Shown here piece after piece: positions 24,703 through 35,239 of a DNA stretch of 64,000 nt (positions within the stretch are counted from its first letter, which is position 1; each line of letters starts with the position of its first letter). The DNA is from Iphione sp. A-MEVVRFRX5. Lineage: Eukaryota. The translations under genes were made by a program, and so were the position numbers. The stretch spans positions 82,770,001-82,834,000 of the forward strand of contig OZ320316.1 in the NCBI GenBank assembly GCA_976226885.1. The letters are read 5' to 3'. Under the pieces are notes generated by a model. That model was not told where the DNA came from and did not search any database. It was given only the letters and a program-made list of their open reading frames with translations.

Positions 24703-25140
24703 ATATTTGTGTACATTGAGGAATCCTATATTAACAACATGTATTGCGTGTTTCTACATATTCTAAAACCCATGTTATGTCCTCCATAACATTAAAGTAT
24801 AGTATAAACAGCATGATAGGTTTGATATGTTTGTATGTGATAATCAGTGTGCTAATCGAATTTGAAAAAAAGCTTTTAATCATGACATCAACACATTTAA
24901 TATTTTTAACGATTCGACATGAATGTTTGTAAGTACGAATCTCAAACTATCCTCCCCAAAAAGTCTTTCATCGCTGCATCAAATATGTATTACCACTTTT
25001 GACCCCGGTGGAACCAAAATCAAATCCAAGACACTTCAACGTCTTGTTGGCATTCACCTGAATTTAGGTCAATGTAAGGCAATTACAGGCCTACGAAAAA
25101 GAACGTTTCGCTCGTTATTTTCTATTACTTCTCAGGTTTT
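24703..25140 (+). pseudogene. Possible decayed DIRS/Ngaro-type RT C-terminal region, frameshifted
   Basis: Across shifting frames: IFVYIEE (YxDD-like), IEFEKKLLIMTSTHLIFL (INFEKS.L.PTQ.L.FLG-like), and TLQRLVGIHLNLGQCKAITGLRKRTFRSL (LQSL.GKLN..CK...GR.F.R.L-like). Confidence 0.3.
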
Positions 25141-27918
25141 GAAAACCTCGAGGACAATTAAATAATCAAACAAGCGTGAAAGGTTAATTAACCGAGAACA
25201 AAAGTCTTAATTAGTCCGCTGCTGTTGCTACACGGGGGTTCAGGTGCAATCCCCTAAATTCGGCTTTCAGTCGTTTTGCTGTCTCGACCGTGCGGACTTA
25301 CGTTTGTGTGGCGACTTGATTCATGCAAATCAGAATTGTTCACGGACCATTATTTACAAATACATTTGAACGTAAGGGTGATGGTGTAGTTACGTGATCC
25401 CAATGGAAGCCGATTATCGACCCGGATGGTGACTGAAATGCTTTGGTGGCCAATGTCGGCTGTATTGTGCCGCTGGCATTGCGTGACTCCCACTACCTGC
25501 CTGCACTGTCCCCAGTCTCGCTCTGGCCCCAGACCTATTGACTTCCAAAAATTTGGTAGAAGATCACAATCAGATGTTTCGGAGTGAACGATCCGAGGGA
25601 CAAAAAGTATTATGCTGTTTAGATACCTAACTGTGTGTACCCTTTCTTGCGGTGATTATTTAAAATGTTCTGGTTTATACGGCTAATTAACGGAGTGCAT
25701 TGAAATCAGTAGCCAGAGTATAGTCTTGTATTGACTGAATATTATTTGGAAATACGTGTAGGTATATTGTATATACTCAGACGCCATCAAGTTAATTTGA
25801 CAGTGAGTATAGCTTCTTCTCTTACCCGTTAGCATCCATGTACTTATCCACGGTATGGAAGGAGGGACTCCCCGGCTGACGCATGAGCTCATACCTATCA
25901 TGAATTTGTATTTTTAGTTTAAATAAAGCAGCTCTCAGACATCATGACCAAACTGCCAAAGACTCTAAACCTCCAAAGTCTCATAATTCATATCTTAGAA
26001 AAGTATTTTGAATTCTTGCTCAAATCAAGCTCTGCAATATGTACGTACAAGCATAAGAATTCCTGTGCTAAAACTTCAACAATACATGTACATGTAAATG
26101 AAGTTTGAAAGGGATATTCCCTCCGTTCTCGAGACATCGCAGACTGAATTAATATGTTACAGCATATGCCTGTGTAATAACAGCTTGTCGACGGTGTTGA
26201 TGGTGTAGGCGGCGACTGGAATCTTTGATGATAGTACAGAATGGGGGTTCCTATGAAGACATGTATTTCCGAATTGACGTTTTCTTGTCTGGTACACGCG
26301 TGTTATTGAACTGGCCATGCTTGACTTAAGAGTTGGTGTTGCTATTATACTATGTGGCCTGTTTCCCCGCCCCTACGAGCATTGTGCAGCAGGCGCATGT
26401 TCCAGCAGGCTACAGCATGGATTGTAAGATTTTTTCCCCTAAGGTTGACTTTTTTAGTCCACGGTTCTAAAGGCACTCCACTAACGAGCAGCGTTAATCG
26501 AATTGGTCCTGTGCAAGGGTCGCGTGTCTCCTCCAACGGTAGCCGTCTTAAAGAAACAGACTGGGCGAATAAGCGGAGCCATATATGAAGGGTAAGAAAA
26601 TCACACCGTAGAAAATAGCTTCCTTTTCGAATATTATTCACTGCATGTGGCCAACATACCGATCACGGCAGGGACTGCATATAATCATGTGTCATCACCG
26701 CCCATGCCGCTACGCAACGAAACGTGTTTCTACCTTTTTACGTTAAAATTATCATACGTAGAAGTTGATACGCTTCAGCTTATAGTTTATAGCGGAGTTT
26801 TGAAACTACAACGACTAAAATAGTTGCTGAGGTCGCGTGCTCATGTTTTGGTCGTTGGTAACATGTGAAAATAAAAAGAGAAAATTATATAAAGCAAAAC
26901 TTCAGCACGTGAGGCAGCGCTAAATTCCTGTACATACGCCAGCTGTATTTCAGGTTGTTCGCTCTCCATATAAATATATACCATGAATGTCAAGGCTGGC
27001 CTACTGACCGGTCACCAGCTGGTATAGCAAGGCTGCTCTTCGCGTATGCCCCAAGGGTGGGACATCGGGTCGGACACCGGCTGACCACTGCCCCGATCGC
27101 TGTGGCGGTCAGACAGGGCCTCAGGGGCAGGCGGTTTGGACCGAGCGGCTTCCGCTGGTCTTGAGAACCGTTAACATCACAAACACGAGATCGATCGGCA
27201 GAGTAGCTCGCGTGCCGTCACGCTGCCAGTCAACTAATTAGAGGCCCACAACTCAACCTTCAACTCACCGCTCCCGCTTCCAGTGCCACCATCGCAGCCA
27301 AAAGGCCATATTAATTTGTAATGCACGCATTAGTGATAGGTCGCCATAGCAACTACTTCCGTATTGAATAAAAATAATCGTATAGGTAACATTGTCTGAG
27401 TCCGAGAGCTACTAAAGGTTGATCTTTTAGCAGCTAATCTGCAATCCAATGATTAAACACTTGCTTAGAGTGATGCGCGTTTCAGAGAAGGGCATTTTCA
27501 TATATACATGTATGTACATACATACACAGATGAAAGGAATAGAGTTAATAACATTGTAATTCACGGAACGATACTCATTGTAATAAATCATCTGAGAATC
27601 ACACTACTTGTCTTTACTGTCTGGTCTTATGTAAGACCACAGTCATAAAAATATTTAGACATTCGTAATTTCTCTTATTCTCTCTTGTCAAATGTGTGTG
27701 CTTATTGGCCATATGCCTCTACGTACTAAACCATCCATCCTGCGCTCCCCGCCAACCATCTTCTGTGCAAACTGAATGTCTCAAATGCGTCTCATATTCC
27801 AAATTATTATTGTATATATTCATTCGCATCTCATTAAATATTCACACATTCTTTCGGTTGTATGTGCTAGGGTAGATCTGTGTGTTATATGTAGTATATT
27901 GAAGACTGACTATGGATA

Positions 27919-30759
27919 ATGACTATGTACAATGAAAAATCGAAACGATCTATGCGCATTCTAAACATACTCCACCTCAATATACGAAGTTTAAGATCTA
28001 AGCTGAACGAATTCTCTAACTTTATATCCACACATGCTCCTGATATTTTAGTGGTCACAGAAAGTTGGCTTACTCCAGACGTTCCTACCACTGTCATAAG
28101 TATGAATGGATATTCAACAATCAGACAGGATAGGACTTATACTGTCGGTGGCGGCATCGTAGTCTACATCAAAAACAATCTTAACTTTGATGAACTATCA
28201 GTATCTAATATGAACATTTTAAACCAAAATATAGAGCTACTTTGGGTTAGAATTGCAACAGAATGTGATAAGGCGCTCTGGGTAGCTGGTCTGTACCGTC
28301 CGCCCAAAGGCAGTACAAATAGCTTCACTGACAGTCTAGACAATACTTTAGAGACGTTGAATACATCAGATAAAGAATGTATCATAATAGGTGACTTCAA
28401 TATTAATGTCCTCAACAGGAATGAGCTTGCGACGAAAGAACTTCTACATCTTAGTTTAAATCATAATCTTTCACAACCTTTCAAGAGTCCAACCAGATGC
28501 ACAGTCAACTCCAACACATGTATTGATCTAGCGCTAATTTCTAATATGTTAAGATACACCAACTCTACAATTCAAACTTTCCTCAGTGATCACTACACAA
28601 TAAGTGTTACTTTATCTATTACCCCTAAGTTATTACCGCCTAGAACTAGAAGCTATCAGCTATGGCGACCTATGCATAAGGAATCTTTCATCGATGTAAT
28701 GGCTAAGACCGACTGGACTCACTTCTTCGACTGCAGAGACCCGGTCTATTGTTGTACGTACTTAGAAAATATCATTGCTAATACTGTAGAAAGTATAAGT
28801 CCACGAAAGTACACTTCTAACCCCACATCACATAATACTTGGGTGTCAGAAGAAACTAAAACGCTGATATCAAAGAAAAACAGCCTCTTCAAATCGGCTA
28901 TCAGACTTAAGAGTAAAACATTATATATGCATGCAAGTGAACTGAATCGTAAAGTCAAGCAAGCACTTTCTCTTGACAAATCGAAGTTACATACCAAACA
29001 ACTTGAAATGAACCTAGACAACCCAAAGAAATACTGGAGAAACTTGAAATCTCTAGTATCTCCAGTAACTGACAATCGTCCACCTGCTCTGAAAATAAAT
29101 GGCAGAGTCTTGGATCCTTCTGAGACGGCCTCTGTGTTTAATTCCCACTTTAGCTCGGTCGGTCAGTGTTCGTTCAACCTATCAGACCCACTAATAACCG
29201 TGGGCATCACTACGATCCCGAATACATTCGCATTCCATCCTGTGACTAAATCTGAGATTGTGAAGCTGATCAAACTCCAACAGGACAATAAACCCAGCGG
29301 TTTTAAGAGTTGCAATAGTAAGATACTAAAGCAATGTCTATATGTTCTCGCAGACCAGCTAACCCATGTAGTGAATTGCTCTCTAGCATCGCACACTGTT
29401 CCAAAACAATGGAAGGAAGCCACTATAACACCGCTGTATAAGGGTAAAGGTAGTCGTAGCAATGCCAATTCTTACCGTCCCATTAGCATCCTTCCTATGA
29501 ACAGTAAGATACTGGAAAAGGTAGTTCACAACCAACTGATGTGTTTTGTTGATGACAATTCAATCCTGTCTGACTCACAATATGGGTTCCGAGAAGGTAA
29601 ATCCACCATCCACGCCATCAATGATGTCCTGAATTACATTCATGATGCCGTCAATGAAGGGGCGATGGTAGGCGCACTGTTCATCGACTTCCGCAAGGCA
29701 TTCGACAGTCTACAACACAGTGTACTACTGAAGAAACTGGCGAAAATTGGCCTTGGTGAACTGGTTGATTGGACCTCAAGTTACCTAACTGATAGAAAAA
29801 TCTGTACTAAGGTAGAAAACACCTGTTCTGATCAAATATCACTCCAAGTTGGTGTCCCCCAAGGTAGCATCTTGGGGCCTACCCTATTTAGCCTCTTCAT
29901 CAACGATTGTATAACAGCGATTAAGAACTGTCATCCCGTTTTATATGCCGACGACACTGTCCTATTATACAAGCATAAAAATCCTAAAGAAATCGAAAAC
30001 ATGCTTAATGCAGATTTAAAGAATCTATATTGCTGGTGCCTGGCTAATGGTTTGTCGATTAATGAACAAAAAACCGAGACTATGCTATTCAGTACTTCTA
30101 GAAATAGACGAAAATCCTACAAACTAAATGTCAGACTGAATGACCAGGAGATTAGATTAGTTAATCACTTCAAGTACCTGGGCATAACTCTAGACAGACA
30201 CTTGACATTTGAACTAGAACTTCAAAACAAAATTCAAAAGTCATACAGTCAAATTCAATTACTCCGTCATGTACGTTCTGCTACTAATGAAAGAATAACC
30301 ATTCAAATTGTGAAATCATATCTAATTCCGTGTTTAGATTATGGAATAGGTAGTATCCATTACTACAAATCGTCCTCCTTTATTAAACTGGAAAACCAAC
30401 TGGCAAAAGCAATCCGGATATCAACCCGTGATTATAGAACTGAAATATGTGATCTTCTATTGAAATATCGAATCCTTTCTCTGACATCGAGAAGTAAATA
30501 TTATTCTCTGTGCATTAATTTTGACACTCTACAACCAAAGTTTAAGCAACAACTAGACTCAGGTAACACTAGGAACCCGCCAGTACCCTGTATCAGACCT
30601 AGATTATCGTTATACAAGTATGGACCATGTTACTTTGCTACAAGTACCTGGAATAAGCTTGATAAAGAAATTAAACTCCTGACAAAACCTACTTTTAAGA
30701 GAAGAGTAAAACAGTTGCTCTATGACAGAGTATGTGCTGAGAATTGGCGTGTCGCATGA
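27919..30759 (+). CDS. Non-LTR retrotransposon ORF2-type protein: N-terminal APE-like endonuclease + reverse transcriptase (CR1/L2/Crack group), uninterrupted 946 aa
   Basis: APE motifs appear in order: LNIRSL, VTESWL, YRPP, GDFNIN, IDL, SDH. RT motifs appear in order: YRPISILP, SQYGFREGKST, IDFRKAFD, GVPQGSILGPTLF, YADD, KTE, FKYLG. The C-terminus has a WNKL-type motif and no CCHC knuckle, as in CR1/L2-group proteins. Confidence 0.95.
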   Translation: MTMYNEKSKRSMRILNILHLNIRSLRSKLNEFSNFISTHAPDILVVTESWLTPDVPTTVISMNGYSTIRQDRTYTVGGGIVVYIKNNLNFDELSVSNMNILNQNIELLWVRIATECDKALWVAGLYRPPKGSTNSFTDSLDNTLETLNTSDKECIIIGDFNINVLNRNELATKELLHLSLNHNLSQPFKSPTRCTVNSNTCIDLALISNMLRYTNSTIQTFLSDHYTISVTLSITPKLLPPRTRSYQLWRPMHKESFIDVMAKTDWTHFFDCRDPVYCCTYLENIIANTVESISPRKYTSNPTSHNTWVSEETKTLISKKNSLFKSAIRLKSKTLYMHASELNRKVKQALSLDKSKLHTKQLEMNLDNPKKYWRNLKSLVSPVTDNRPPALKINGRVLDPSETASVFNSHFSSVGQCSFNLSDPLITVGITTIPNTFAFHPVTKSEIVKLIKLQQDNKPSGFKSCNSKILKQCLYVLADQLTHVVNCSLASHTVPKQWKEATITPLYKGKGSRSNANSYRPISILPMNSKILEKVVHNQLMCFVDDNSILSDSQYGFREGKSTIHAINDVLNYIHDAVNEGAMVGALFIDFRKAFDSLQHSVLLKKLAKIGLGELVDWTSSYLTDRKICTKVENTCSDQISLQVGVPQGSILGPTLFSLFINDCITAIKNCHPVLYADDTVLLYKHKNPKEIENMLNADLKNLYCWCLANGLSINEQKTETMLFSTSRNRRKSYKLNVRLNDQEIRLVNHFKYLGITLDRHLTFELELQNKIQKSYSQIQLLRHVRSATNERITIQIVKSYLIPCLDYGIGSIHYYKSSSFIKLENQLAKAIRISTRDYRTEICDLLLKYRILSLTSRSKYYSLCINFDTLQPKFKQQLDSGNTRNPPVPCIRPRLSLYKYGPCYFATSTWNKLDKEIKLLTKPTFKRRVKQLLYDRVCAENWRVA

Positions 30760-30961
30760 TCATCCTACTTACATTTGTCAATCTAAGTCAACCTGTAAAA
30801 CCAATACAATACCCGATGTATTTATATATATTTTTATATATGCTCACTCTATCTCATAACATCATTATCTCTGTACATACTGTATATATATCATCTTTGT
30901 ACATATTGTAAATACCGGTGTATATAGCGATCAACAATCAGAAATACTGTAGTAGAATTCG

Positions 30962-31020
30962 CTGGCACCAATTGGATTGCCAGGATAAATAAAAGTTCAA
31001 AAAAAAAAAAAAAAAAAAAA
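30962..31020 (+). promoter_or_regulatory. LINE 3'-end signal: stem-loop + AATAAA + poly(A)
   Basis: CTGGCA (30962-67) pairs with TGCCAG (30978-83) around the loop CCAATTGGAT. AATAAA follows 4 nt later, then A22. Confidence 0.7.
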
Positions 31021-34000
31021 TGTTAGGAACGGAAATCTTTCAATGGGAAGGGACAAATTACAATACAACTACATACTATATGTCACATTAAATCATTAAA
31101 TATCTTCAAAATCAGTGATGATATCCTAGGATATCAAATCACTTTTGTAAATACATTTTAACGTTACTTATAATTCCATATAGCACATGTATGTACATAA
31201 ACATTCATCAATATAGGTGCTCCTTAACACAGACAATTCTAGGAAAATTGCGTAGTTCTTACTGAGTAACACTTTACGTAATAAAAGATCGTAACAACGT
31301 CTTGTAAAGCTGAGCTTGTCAAACATAATGATAAGGTTCGAAAGAAAGAACTGTTCTGCTCGTGTGCACCTGAAACCAGCACCAAAGTAAACGTACCGAA
31401 AATAAGGATAATGCGATATGTGTTCACCTCGTGTGGAGGATCAGCTCTCTCCGCTGCCATGTACTACAAATTCAACACATTCCTTACCTCCTGTACATGA
31501 GTCATCTTCTTGCTATGCGGAGTAAGGTATGATTAGATGCCAGCACGTCTTGTCAAAAACGTTGGCCGCAATGCGGGTGTCGACAAAATCTAGTACTCGT
31601 CGAGTGCAAAGGATAAGCATGACGGTACGTTCAGTTTGATGCAAAACGTGGACACGAAAAGAATTTTTGGGTCGTTTGAGACATAATGTGACAGGAAGTG
31701 ATGACCGAAAATATAATCTGTTCATACGGACGTATCCATTAGAACTGAGAGGTCGTAAAGAGATTCGGATGATGACAATTAGAAGTGTAGGCAAAGGGCG
31801 GAGCTTGGCCAGTTCAGTACGCAGGTCACGCATTGGCCAGATTCAGCGTGTCAGGGGTCGTGGATTACAACTTGGTGGCCGTGATCGCCTCTCGGCTGGG
31901 CTGCATTTCCCTGATCCCTTCTTCGCCCTCGACTGTCGATCTAACCGCTTACGAGTAGAAGACTGGAAAATTTAGTACTGGTAGGGCAAAAGAGAATTAA
32001 TCCTTGTCCACGCCGATCCCTAGAGGGCATTTTCACGACAAGACACTCATGTTAAGCTGGAAAATCACATTTATCTTGCCGCCGTATGCCTTATTAAAAT
32101 AAGCAACAGTTACACCTAGTTGAACAAAACTTGTTTTGACAACAATTGCAACACATGCAAAAATAAGGAAATAAATCAGCATCATAGAAATTGATTTCTA
32201 TTGGAAATGCGATTATGGCTAAGTGGGGATTAACTTTCAAAATATGTACTTTTCCAGTAAAAAGAGTTGTCAGCCTAAGAAGTCACAACGCAACTGTTTT
32301 GGGGCAAATATATAAGGTGTTCCAATTTATATCATTGTGTAGTTTTTTTTAGAGAAGTGAATATTGCAGCATATAGTTAGACTTCAACTGTTGCATTAGG
32401 TTTGTTGTACGAATGATTTTTGATTCTTTTGATAGTACTAGAGACGTCTTACTTGAGGTCTACCCAAGCACATAGCTGAGCTCAACTAAGATTCGCTCGG
32501 ACTCAGTTGATCATTTCCCTGTTTACCTAAAAGCCTTCCCGCTCGGGGAGAAAATGGCAGGGACGTCTGCCTGTCGCGGGATTTCTTATAAAAATATTGC
32601 CCCAGTGCCGCACTGAACATTGGGGTGGACGCCTCGAGGCAAATATAGATTGTACAAGGCAAATGCAGTGTGCATGCAAATACAGCCAATCAAAACGCAT
32701 GCTAATGCTACTCAAGGCGGGCAGGACAACGGTGTGGCTCGAGTTAGCTAATGGTTGAAGCATTGGAATGACGGGATTCTCCTCACGTTAAACAAGGATC
32801 TCCAGTAGTCTGACGTGACGGGTTTGTGGACCCGCCGACTGATCGGTTCACATCAGAGGAATGCATTCCCGAACCTATCATTGATGGATAACTGAACAGG
32901 GCCGGCCGGCAATTCAGTGACAACACGCAGGCATAGGTATCCCTTTTGATTAGGTCAAATTTTCACAATCATCTATAATTTATATCAAAGGTAACCCACC
33001 AGCCGCCAGAAATTTATTTTAGCCGGCGTGATTTGAGGACATTAGATCAAGGTTATTATCCTTAAATAATGGACCCGGTTGTGTGTGCCTGCGGGGCTGT
33101 ACGGTTTATGCCAACAAATCATTTCTCACCATTATGAATTTGAAAGCACTAGGTTAGACCCTGCTGCTAGGTGAGCAAACCATAGCGAAATTAAAACAGT
33201 TCTTTATAGTTATGATTTTCATGAGCCAACTACATATTTTGGTAGAAACTCGGTTTAGAAATCAATAAGATTTGTAGGAATTCAAAAAAATGCTTCACGA
33301 TCACTTTCAGGCAGTCGCATGCTGTCACGCTAAATGGAGACATTTTCAATGGAGCAAGTCTGTGCTATCATTTTCGTCAGAGAAAACGTCACCCTCAGGG
33401 ATAAGACTGGCTTTAAGCATGCACTTCTGCACGGATAGAAACATAGTTACTGGCAATTTTATTTAATCAAAATGCACTCTTGGTATTAGCACAAACCAGA
33501 TTCAGCATTAATTATTTACGCCCTGTAAACAACTGAGATAACAACGGCATAAGAAATAATTTAATGAGAGATTAATTTTTCCAATCAGGCGCGAATTCAA
33601 TCTTCAAGTCCTTAAGGAGTTCGTCGCAACTCGCGAGGGAAACATCATGATTTTGTTTCTCGCTTACAATAGTATCAGCTTTACGTTGTTCCTCTCGCTC
33701 TTCTCACTCTCTCCTCCGGCAGCGATCCATCTGTGGGAATCTGTTAAAGACACCAAGAAAAGATGCGGTCGGCCACGTTCGGCTCGAGTAGCTTGTTGGC
33801 TGTGGGGATGGAGTCATCGGTGGATCATCTGCCATCGCGCCACAGGCAGTCCCGATGACAGTAAGGGGGGGCGGGAAGGCAGGGATTGGGTTCTGCTGCT
33901 ATCGCGGTTGTCAGCAACCGTCGGCATTAGACACCGGTATCGACCAGAAGCCGACGCCGTACGGTCCGTGTTGGTTCCTTAGGCAGACCGCCGCCTCCAC

Positions 34001-34594
34001 GACACGCGGCATGATTAATGGTGTTGGGGTCAAACAGTCCGGCACAGGACGCGGCCAAGATGGTCCCCTTACTGCTCGCAATGCCACCGTCTCAGGGAGC
34101 TGCTGCAGCAACGGGAGGAAGCCACAGCAACGTGGTCAGCAACCTCTAGAAATTTTCAAACCCACCCCAAAATCTCTACCTCCCTTCCCGCCTCTGCTTG
34201 CCTTGACCGATCCGTAGCCTGCAGACACGGCCGCAGATTGACCACAATACACGTATCACACGCGAGGCACTTCTTCCAAGCGCCACTGGCGGCGCCCTGA
34301 TCGCAGCCAGAGCCGCGCAACCACAGGCCAGAAGAGTGGCGCCCAGCCAGTAAGCTACAGCAGCTAAGCGGGCCCGGGTCAGAATTTGTCCGGTGCTACT
34401 GGAAGGCAAACACTACCTACGCACAGTGCTGGCGGGTGCAGTATTAGGCAAGGAACTTACTACAGGTTTTTGAAGCGAGGACAGCACTTCACGTGTGGCA
34501 TAGCTGAGGCAAGAGCTGATACCACTGTCGAGACAAGGTAGACAGGGGAGAACGGAGATTGGATACATTGAGACACAGAGGGCGAGAAACGGCA

Positions 34595-34598
<4 letters not shown>

Positions 34599-34656
<58 letters not shown>
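34599..34656 (+). repeat. (GA)29 microsatellite
   Basis: Perfect GA run of 58 bp. Confidence 0.98.
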
Positions 34657-34659
<3 letters not shown>

Positions 34660-35142
34660 GGGCCAACGTGGGTCTCGGCTTTGTCACCCTGCCGCCGCCG
34701 AACTTTGATCTTCGTATGACGAAAAACTGTTATCTACGATCCCATGGTTCATCCACCCAGAGTGGGAGGTGTGGGCCAGTGTCGCAATAGGGAGGCCGAG
34801 ACACTACATATATAGGTGTATGTATGTCTGTGGTGATGCGGGTGCTGTCTGGATCATAGATCACCGGTTTCCCACACGGACTAAACGGCCCACCTTTTCT
34901 CGAATCAGATGACATAGGAGAGCAGGATTCGGTGAACAGAACAGATCAAGCCTGCGTCGCGCTTGGGTCCCCAGCCCTTCCCCCTCCCCCAAATCTGACC
35001 TTATCACCGACACCACGGCGCACCTCCAGAGTTAGTTGCGTCTATCTACCGCGACGGACGGATCACAACAAATGCACCTGTGTGTAACACAAAGAGTCCC
35101 TGTGCGCCGCCCCAAGTTTTACCAACTCTCCCTTCTCATCAG

Positions 35143-35239
35143 GTGTGAAACTGTGTGGATTTATAACTACGCTTAACCATGAGACCTTCGAACCTACCAG
35201 AAGCAGCATATATTCTGCACTTGATCCTCATATACTTAG
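35143..35239 (+). other. Candidate isolated internal exon (97 bp), product unknown
   Basis: Pyrimidine-rich acceptor CTCTCCCTTCTCATCAG and strong donor AG|GTGAGT. One frame is open (GVKLCGFITTLNHETFEPTRSSIYSALDPHILR). No partner exons were found. Confidence 0.25.

Larger units (their letters stand above)
27919..31020 (+). mobile_element. LINE of the CR1/L2 group, 3'-complete; 5' boundary not determined
   Basis: Intact APE-RT ORF, about 240-bp AT-rich 3' UTR, AATAAA at 30988-30993 and an A22 tail at 30999-31020. No TSD matching the post-tail flank (TGTTAGGAAC) was seen just upstream. Confidence 0.9.

Noticed and set aside
26990-27165. GC-rich structured segment upstream of the LINE as an HDV-like ribozyme or ORF1
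   Set aside because: No P1 pairing could be found for the candidate P3/L3, all frames are short, and no link to the element boundary is shown.
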